Below are positions 53,157-61,580 of a stretch of 64,000 nt of DNA, piece after piece. This DNA comes from Fimbriosthenelais zetlandica. Lineage: Eukaryota. Both the position numbers and the translations under genes were made by a program. Position 1 is the first letter of the stretch; every line of letters starts with the position of its first letter. Below the pieces are notes generated by a model that had not been told where the DNA came from, made no database searches, and saw only the letters and a list, made by a program, of their open reading frames with translations. Where the stretch lies: the NCBI GenBank assembly GCA_977030845.1, contig OZ365118.1:17484001-17548000 (forward strand), in the 5' to 3' direction.

Positions 53157-55877
53157 ATGGGCCGTAATAAGACGAACTATTTGTGCCACATAGGCGGGCT
53201 ATGTGAGGCTGTGTTCAGGGCCTTCCTCGTCCTGGCAGCCACATCTCTCACCCCTGGCATTAGTTATAAATGTAATGTGGTGGTCTATTTTGGTAAGAAG
53301 ACTGCTGAATGCCAGTCATTAGGCCTTGATGGTCTACCCACTGACATGGGTTACGACCTCAAGGTGCTTCACTTTAAGGACAATAAGATCACACATCTCG
53401 GTATAGATTATTTCAAATCTTACACAGCAATACAAGAACTCTTCCTAGAGCGTAATGTCATCACGACAATAGCACCGGAGGCTTTCCGCGGTCTGGGAAA
53501 CTTGCAGGTGCTTGACCTGTCAGGCAATGACCTCTCTACTGTCCCGCTTTCTTCCTTTCGTTACCTCACCTCATTACGAGAGCTCATCCTCAAAGGTAAC
53601 CCTATCAAATATATCACAGAAAATGCCTTTGGTAATCTGCCCCGCATTGAAGTGCTCAACTTTGAAAACTGTTGGCTCGAACGAGTCGATCCTAAGGCTT
53701 TTCACGGCCTTACTTATGTGAAAGAGATTAACATCGTTAACAATGAACTCAAGACTTTGGGAGCTTACATGGAGTTTTCCCTGCCACCTAATCTCAGTAT
53801 ATTTCGGCTGTATCGCAACCCATGGCGGTGTGACTGTCACTTGCGTTGGCTACGAGAGTGGATTGAGAAGACAAAAGTCAACTGGGACTTCTCCCAGAAT
53901 ACACCCGCCTGTGCCACGCCTGAGATCATGAGGGGGTTGAACTGGAAGCACCTGAAGCCTGATCAGTTTGCCTGTCCCAGCCAAATCCTGGCTAATGGTA
54001 CTACAAGCTTGGAGCTGGAGGTGGGGCAGAACGTGACGATAGAGTGCCTAGTGACAGGAGACCCGCGCCCTACCATCAGATGGTATAAGGGAGGGAATCA
54101 TATCTCAGTCACCTCAAACATGGAGAAATTCATGCAAGTGAACACTGGGCTAGATCCCATACGTAACACGTTAACCATATGGGATGTGAGTCTCGATGAC
54201 GCTGGGGATTACAAGTGTGTGGCTGAGAATTCAGCTGGGCGATCAGAAGTCACCAATAAACTGTGGATCTGGGATAAAGAGCTGGATATGTCCCGATCCC
54301 AGGGCACGTCTGGTATCAGCCAGGAGTCCATACTAGGGATAGCCGTGGGCAGTGCTCTCTTCCTCCTTATACTTGTTGTTTGTGTAGTCTATGGTTTGAG
54401 GAGGAGAGACAGGCGGAAGCATGCCTATAGAGTTAGAGACTACAAGAAACCTAACAAAAATAAAAAGGATAAGAGCTATATAAAAGAGAACAGTGAGAAA
54501 TCAGCTAGTGCTACCACTGAGCTGCTCTCAGAGAAGGAGAAAGAGAAAGAGAAAGGTAAGGTAGAGAATGCGGTGTGTGAAAACGCCACAGCTAATAATG
54601 TGAAAGAAAATAGTGAAGATTTCAAGATGAAGATTTTTGCCTATCGCTCAGGTGGGCCTAAAGATAATCAGACTGAATTAGATCTGGGACACAGTACCCC
54701 AGAGAGGGACGACCGTGAGACGGAACCGCTGTGTAAAGGTGATTCTCTCAAACCAACCTGTAACAACCTGCGGGAAGTGACACCTGATCTGCTCAAAAAT
54801 GACAATAATACATCAAAGCCTCTCCACACAAAGAAGCCCAATCATGTGACAATCAAAGAGGAGAATCCCTACGTGAAGGGAGAGTACAGGCCTAATGGGG
54901 GGATAGACAGGCAAAAGGACCTGCAGTTCAATAAAGACTATGGGACAGATTATAAAGATTATCACAAGGATTATGATAGGGACTATAGTAGTAGGGAAGA
55001 CAGAGGTAGACATAGAGACAACAGAGATCACAGGGGGAGTCCCAAACGGGAGAAGCGAGATCCTAACGAGACTCGACATCCCAACTCACCGCGGGGCTCT
55101 CTAGAGGATATCATTGCACAGACTTCTTCAAGCTCAAGAGACAGTATAGCTAGCACACAGCGGGGTAGCTCCCGGGGGTCTCCTTGTCGGAGTCCCAACC
55201 CAGACTATCTTGAAGAGACAAGTGACCCATCTCATTATGGCACGAGCAGTCTCAGTAAAAACCCTGAACATCGGAGGGAACGTATCTCTGATGGCGTCAA
55301 GTTTGCAACTCTGCCAAGTAAATCTTCTGGTGCTAAATCCATGCCCGCCTCGTCCTACATGAAGTCAGGGACTCTGAGAGCCACCCCGAGGTCAGGGAAC
55401 GCAGGTCGTGGAACCATGTCTTCAACGTTACCTGAGCGTGGTCAGAGACCACGGTCAGCTCATGGATGGGGCTCCCCACAGACGAGTCCTCAGGGCAGTC
55501 CAGCCAGCATACAAAGCTCGAGACCACCGGGGTCAGCTCCCCTACCCATTATCAAACTTCCCGATGGCCAACTGGTGGGGAAGAAGGACTACCGAACACT
55601 GGTCGTCCCACCACCACCTCTACCCCCTGCCAACAGATCCCCCTTCGCCATCAAGTCCCCCTCTGGTCCTGCTGCATTGGTCAACCCTGGTGAGGGGCTG
55701 CCTGCCCCCAGAAAGCCCCCGAGGACTTTCTCGTCTATGTATGAAAACCCATATGGTACTGTATCGAGACAGGCGAGTAAGGCAAGCAGTCAGGGCAGTC
55801 GACAGAGCAGTCATGACAGTGAGGGTGAGGGAATTCACCGGGTAGGTCACCAGGATGAGTTCGGTACCTGTGTATAA
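53157..55877 (+). CDS. Kekkon-like LRR-Ig (LIG family) single-pass receptor, 906 aa, intronless CDS
   Basis: Kozak aaaaccATGG after acceptor gacttcag (53146); signal peptide; GKKTAEC N-cap; 7 LRRs; LRRCT NPWRCDCHLRWL..PACATP..FACP; one Ig (IECLVTGDPRPTIRWYK..DAGDYKCVAEN); TM aa ~392-414 then RRRDRRK; C-terminal DEFGTCV class I PDZ motif. Paralogue cannot be assigned. Confidence 0.93.
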   Translation: MGRNKTNYLCHIGGLCEAVFRAFLVLAATSLTPGISYKCNVVVYFGKKTAECQSLGLDGLPTDMGYDLKVLHFKDNKITHLGIDYFKSYTAIQELFLERNVITTIAPEAFRGLGNLQVLDLSGNDLSTVPLSSFRYLTSLRELILKGNPIKYITENAFGNLPRIEVLNFENCWLERVDPKAFHGLTYVKEINIVNNELKTLGAYMEFSLPPNLSIFRLYRNPWRCDCHLRWLREWIEKTKVNWDFSQNTPACATPEIMRGLNWKHLKPDQFACPSQILANGTTSLELEVGQNVTIECLVTGDPRPTIRWYKGGNHISVTSNMEKFMQVNTGLDPIRNTLTIWDVSLDDAGDYKCVAENSAGRSEVTNKLWIWDKELDMSRSQGTSGISQESILGIAVGSALFLLILVVCVVYGLRRRDRRKHAYRVRDYKKPNKNKKDKSYIKENSEKSASATTELLSEKEKEKEKGKVENAVCENATANNVKENSEDFKMKIFAYRSGGPKDNQTELDLGHSTPERDDRETEPLCKGDSLKPTCNNLREVTPDLLKNDNNTSKPLHTKKPNHVTIKEENPYVKGEYRPNGGIDRQKDLQFNKDYGTDYKDYHKDYDRDYSSREDRGRHRDNRDHRGSPKREKRDPNETRHPNSPRGSLEDIIAQTSSSSRDSIASTQRGSSRGSPCRSPNPDYLEETSDPSHYGTSSLSKNPEHRRERISDGVKFATLPSKSSGAKSMPASSYMKSGTLRATPRSGNAGRGTMSSTLPERGQRPRSAHGWGSPQTSPQGSPASIQSSRPPGSAPLPIIKLPDGQLVGKKDYRTLVVPPPPLPPANRSPFAIKSPSGPAALVNPGEGLPAPRKPPRTFSSMYENPYGTVSRQASKASSQGSRQSSHDSEGEGIHRVGHQDEFGTCV

Positions 55878-57407
55878 GTCAGTGATTGGGTATATTAGAA
55901 TGAAGCACCAGGGACTGGCTACAGGCGTCTATAGCTGCCCCACCTAAAACCACAGCAATACTTATAACAGCTTCAGGCTCTATTCATGGCTTCTCACCCT
56001 TTCCACACTCCCCTATGTTGTAAAATAGTCTCATTCTTTCCCTCATTCTGCCATTCAAGGCATAAACCATACTGTGTCTAGTCTGCATTTTTCCTTGCCA
56101 AATGAAAATGGGAACTACTATTATACTGTCAGTATCTTAAGCCAGTCCCTGTGTTCTGCCGTGTGGAGTGTGCATTTAGAGTATCCAGCCAGTTTTAAGT
56201 GTGATTGGTAACTGTCAAACGTAGGACAAATGACAGTTAGTTGTGATCTATAGACAAGAAAGGTGGATTCACCTGTTCAAAAAGTGACTTCAAAATGTCA
56301 AAGCTTATAAATCTCTCATAAATACGTCCATGATGGCTAGTCAAGTCTTTTACTGATGATATGATAGGGTATTATCAATCAATTGATTGATTATAAAAAT
56401 CGGTACTAACATTTATTGATGATACTTCATACTAACTTTAAATGTGGCTGTCGTGTACTATACTATATATAGTAGTCAAGTGGTTCCTTCAGTGGCCATT
56501 GTGTAAAAAAAAATATGGCATGCATTTACTGAGGTTTTCTTTCCTTTCATAATTTCCACCTGGTGACTGGTTTCATCAGGGTAGATAGAAATATAGTTAA
56601 AAAATTTACAGGTGTCACTGATCAATGGGGCGACTATAGGCCAAAGCCGAGGTGTACATACTACTACTACTAATACTGATTGTCATATACAGAACTAAGG
56701 TTTTAAAAGGCGGTGGTAGATGTTGTTCATCAGTGACTATATTTTTGTACTGAATTATGCATTAAAATAAGCATCCTTACAAGAGCTATGACCCAAAAGC
56801 ACCATGTATAATGACAATATTGGGATAATGTGCAACCGGCTTTCTATGTCAGTTAGTAGAAGGTACAATAAGAGGGCAGGAATCTACAGTTTTTAGGTGT
56901 GTTTAGTATTTAATTGCATCTAAGTGGGAAGAAACGAAAGTGATTGAAATTTTTTAAGACCTTGAGAGGCACATGTATATGTTTCACGTCTGCCCAATGT
57001 TTTGTAAGGATTTAATATAGGATATAATAATTGTATTGGAATTTGCTACTTTTACATTGAGTTATCACATGTGTGGTCATAGTTAAATAATAATGATATT
57101 ATTGCTCATATAGATGTATGAGAAAAACATAGAGGCATTATCAAAACAGTGTCAAACACATAGCATAATACCTCTTAAGTCACTCAATAATATACTTTTC
57201 AACTGGGATAAGTAAAAGCTCATCAATTTGCTTTGACTTGTAAAATGAATTTTAAAACACACCTTTAATACAATTAAAGTCCCTCGTTTTAGATTTCCTA
57301 TATTCTGTTTTCCTCAAGAAAAAGGGAAAACTATCAGAATTTGATTTAGAATCTCAGCTCCTATCCACTCCCACCCTCTCTCCCTCTAAATGTAATATAC
57401 ACACAAT

Positions 57408-57551
57408 GTCACATGTGACTGTCACGTGATAAAGAGTGGTAGTTTGGTGTCAGATGTTGATTGTCAGCCTTGTCACTAGGTGGCCAGGTAAGAATCTGTG
57501 ACGTATTATAGAGTGAGGAGAAGACGCTACAAGCACGGTCACCATGGCAAC
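57408..57551. promoter_or_regulatory. Regulatory cluster: GTCACATGTGAC palindrome, GTCACGTGA E-box, CTCF-like TCACTAGGTGGCC, X-box GTCACCATGGCAAC
   Basis: Motifs at 57408, 57421, 57473 and 57538; a plus-strand donor CAG|gtaaga at 57488. Confidence 0.45.
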
Positions 57552-57768
57552 CTGCTTCCAAATGTCAATTATTAAACTTTCCCAACTTTCATAACCATCT
57601 GATACACTCGATTTTATGACCAGAGAAGTGGGAGGACAAAAGAACAAACTTGATAATTGACAGAGCAGACTTTGGACATTTTCAGGGCACATTCTGGACT
57701 GATAACACAGTTTTCCAATTAAATAACTTTAACAAAATCCAGAACAAAACCTACTTCTATACTGTTAC

Positions 57769-57820
57769 CTGAAATATTCGATACAAAGCTTTTATGAAGG
57801 AAATATTGAAGATTTTATGG
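57769..57820 (-). CDS. Candidate 52-nt exon (xHKIFNISFIKALYRIFQ, phase 2-0)
   Basis: Acceptor gttctaatttcag, donor CAG|gtaaca, one open frame; an alternative to the 11-nt microexon as upstream partner of exon 49972-50051. Confidence 0.3.
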
Positions 57821-58901
57821 CTGAAATTAGAACTTCAAAGATGAGATACATTGACGAAGTCTAAACCATTGAAGACACCTCAAGGAGAAAACGATACAAA
57901 ACGATCAAATGATCAATTAAAAAATCTTTTTAAGGCGCTTTCTCGTTTTCAATGCCACACTAAATGAGATTTCCCAGTCCGGGATAGTCTATCAGCGCGG
58001 TCTGAAAAATCACCAGGCTAGGCTGTGTCACAATACATGTCCCACCGATTTTCTTTTTGCACAAGTTTTTCCAATCAATCCAAAATGGTGATTACAATAA
58101 AAATAGTGATTTTTTTTGTTAAGGATTAGGACAGGTTTGCCATGAGGGTTATGCTTGAGTTGCACTCTGACCCTCCTCTATCTCCATGTCTCCAGCCCTC
58201 AGACAGCTTGGTTAGCCTCACTGTGATCCTAGTCTACATAGGCCTAATTATAAGAGTTTACTAATCCACACCCCTCCCTCTAACCTCAAACGTCCTCCTC
58301 ACCCACGTCATCTGCTGACGTAATTAGTCACTTCTGGAAACTTTTATAACATGATAGATCAAATTCAAAAGAATTGACATTTCTGGGATTGTTGGATGCC
58401 ATTAAAAATTGAAACAAAATGTCCTTGAATAAGTCACTTATTTCACGGGTGCCTGTTGTTCGAGTTTGAGAAAATTATACGTAAATTACATTAGAATGAA
58501 TGCAATGTCCGGCTGCTTTCCTGTTCTGTACTCTAGACCATATCCTAGAACTAAAATAACGGTTTCTACTACAGCAAACAATATTCAGAATAGTAAAGTC
58601 ATGAAACTGTTTTGGGTGAACGTATTGATGATTTTTTTTCTCATACATGAGATTTTCTTTTCAAATTGAGAAACCTGAAAGTCGATCATATCAAGCAGTT
58701 TCTGGTTTGTATAACATCAGATGCTCCAGCTTGTATCATGTGTATGCATTTCCATAAGGAAATCTTTTCATTTTCAAAACGGGATTCATAGACTAAGTGA
58801 GTATTAAATTCGCCTGCTGAAGAAACAATATCGCTCCCAGGCATAAACTAAGTCTACTACTCCCAAGACAAGTAGGAGCCTGAGGCATTACCACAGGTCA
58901 C

Positions 58902-58961
58902 AACCTCTGACCGTTTCAAAAACAATCTTGAAACCTCTGACCGTTTCAAAACAAATCTTGA
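58902..58961. repeat. 30-bp tandem duplication (AACCTCTGACCGTTTCAAAAMMAATCTTGA x2)
   Basis: Directly visible. Confidence 0.9.
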
Positions 58962-60316
58962 GAAATGAATCCTCCAGATATTCAAAACATTTAATTAATT
59001 CCGGTGAAATTCAAACGAATTTACATTTTGTTGCAACTGTTAATGACTGATGTTTATATGAATGTACATATTATACAGCAGAGCAACTTTTGGGGGAAGC
59101 TTTTGTATTAAAGCCCTAAGTGCCCCTCAATTATTGTGCCCTTGCTCTAGCCCTTACCCAAGTGACACAAGTACATTCAAGTGCGCGGACATTTGCTGTC
59201 ACTGGCAGGCACCTTGCTGAGAACGCTCGGACCAGTAACTGATCAGCACTTGTGTGGATGTGTGTTTTTTAATCGGTAAATCACCGCACCTTGTTCGTTG
59301 TTGAAGTACGGTGGCCCATAGATGTTAAGTCAGCCTATAATTAATAGGTGGCAACCAACCCAGTGGTGTGTATGCCGCGTGCATGTACGGTGGCCTATAA
59401 CGTTGTTCTGATCAGTTTGTGTTGTCAGAGTATAGAAAGAGCAATCAAAGAAATGTGTTTATTACAAACAATAAAAACAGAGTCAAAACTAGCCAGCCCT
59501 GTTTGTGTCATATTTTAGGAAGTTGTCTTCCCATCTATGCATCTTCTTTGGTTTTGTGGTAGGGGGAAATATATAGGATTATCGGGAAAATTCGGTATCG
59601 AACTGTTTAGTATAATATTCCAGAATATAGAATTCAGATTGCTTACCTTGTGGGATAGCCTCTATCCGTTGTCAGATTGGCCATGTCTCCAGAAGGATTC
59701 AGTTGAGAACTTGGAACGTCTATCGAGTAACTGGGAGCAACGAATCGGGACAGGACCAAGATGTGCTGAAATAAGAACGACATTCCTTTAAACTCTCGTA
59801 TAGAAAATGTCGAAAGACATTTAGAATGCTTTAATTTAACAAATCTTTATGAATGTAACTCATATTCTTGCATACCTTTTGGAGAAGCTTCTTGCAGATG
59901 ACATGTAGGTGTTGAGGAAGATTGTGAGACAGGACCAGAATGAGAGGGGACAGGACGATCATTGTGAAGACAGCAGTTGGGACAGGACAGACCAGCTCTG
60001 ACAACTGTGGAAAAAGAACAACATTTATTAGAATTAATAAAAGATTTCCAGAATGTCGGCCCTTTTCTTTACATTAAATTCTCAATTTCTGTTGGCCATC
60101 CATACACTTTATTTAATTAATTAGTACGAGAATTTATGTTGAAATGTTTTGATATTGATCTGAGCTAGCTGAATGGGACTTTTCTTGTTAAATTTGGGTG
60201 GAGGGTTGGGCTGGTCTTGGACCATGTAAAACAACTGAACAAACAGCATGTTAATCATGGGCACGTTCACGTCGATTCTCCGGGCCGTATCGAGTGATGG
60301 TCCGACACCAGCTTAC

Positions 60317-60389
60317 GTTTGGCCATTTCCAGGTGGAGGTGTTCGATAATGGTCTTTAGTAAATACGAGCACAAACACTTGCTGGTCAT
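60317..60389 (-). CDS. Candidate first coding exon of the unidentified minus-strand gene (MTSKCLCSYLLKTIIEHLHLEMAK, phase 1)
   Basis: ATG at 60389, in-frame upstream TGA, C/G-rich third positions, strong donor AAC|gtaagc, CpG-rich surroundings. A longer form to 60271 (donor GAC|gtgaac, phase 2) is also open. Confidence 0.5.
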
Positions 60390-61304
60390 CTTCAGGTGAG
60401 TGTGTTCGAAATACCATGTTTGTCAAACAATCCAGCTTACAAGAGGAAATCTCTAATATTTGGCGAAACTCTGAGGCTTATTTATAAAAGCACTATCAAT
60501 ATTTTAGTACTTTTTTCCGACACTTTTCGCCCATTTTCCAACATGTGTGGAATCGAGATTTGATATACATTTGTATTTTGGAATTGTAACAGATTAAGAA
60601 AATTCAGATTTAGTATCCCAGGTAATAGAAGCACAGCACCATTTAAAAAAAATGAACTTACGGTACTTTAATTCTCCACTTAACTAACATACATTTATGA
60701 CAAATATTTTTATGAATATATTGTGAATCTAGGTTTAAAATCATTGAACTAAAGTTGAGCACTACCAAAGGAACGGCTGGTGAAACTGCTGCCATCTGGT
60801 GTTGGTAGTCAACGACAGTACTACCATGGCAAGTTAAAGACAAGGGTTTTCTCTCTGTCTTCCCATGTAGTGTTGACCAAAATAGAACAGCAAAAGTGAT
60901 CTACTGGGCCAAAGCCATACTGTATTAGCTAATAGGCCAAATCCACTAAAGATCACAAAGCACAATTAGGATTTCACATCAGTATGACTTATAAATTATA
61001 CAATCAGGGGTAGCCCCAGGTGTAACTAATCAATAATTTACAGTTGCTTACATGGTTATATTTTCTAATGCATTATTTAAAGGTAATGTACATTGTTACA
61101 CAGGTATAGGCCTAATATGCAGGAAGACATAAACTTGGCGGCAGAGCAAAAAAGACCTGGTAAATGTACAACTGGACCACCGTGCCCATAAATCGAACGA
61201 AGACGGACATGCTCCTTGAGCGCACTGCATGGGACCTCGCGCATTGCAACAGATGTAGATATCCTGTGTGCGACATTGGAAAGTTGACATATGAACCTAC
61301 AAAA

Positions 61305-61580
61305 ATGATTCACACATTGCGGGCGAACATTGTGATAACAGGGCTTTGTTTAGCATTACTTTATGCTTTGGTTCTCAAATATGGAAGGTTGCTGCCCGCG
61401 GTAACGTCCAAGGAGAAGGGTGAACATGTTGTAACGTTACAGACAGGCGAGGTTACTAGCCACCACCGTGAGAGACGGCAAGTAACAGACCCGGGATTAT
61501 CAGATGAAGAAATCTCACTGTTTGTGGACGTACACAACTATTTGAGATGGCGAGAACCTGCTTCAAACATGCACCGACTG
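61305..61580 (+). CDS. CAP gene coding exon 1 (signal peptide, propeptide, RERR, HNYLR...ASNMHRL)
   Basis: acaaaaATG, hydrophobic N-terminus, donor CTG|gtgaga, phase 0. Confidence 0.85.

Noticed and set aside
53512-55850. Small ORFs overlapping the kek-like CDS on both strands
   Set aside because: Shadow ORFs of a real coding sequence.
59284-59334. Minus-strand segment reading LNIYGPPYFNNEQGA
   Set aside because: An in-frame TGA follows the only nearby acceptor and the donor (gtgatt) is weak; it does not fit the exon chain.
61164-61304. Upstream ATG extending the CAP protein by 47 aa
   Set aside because: Poor Kozak context, and it would bury the signal peptide; ATG 61305 has A at -3 and begins the hydrophobic leader. 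Not strictly excluded.
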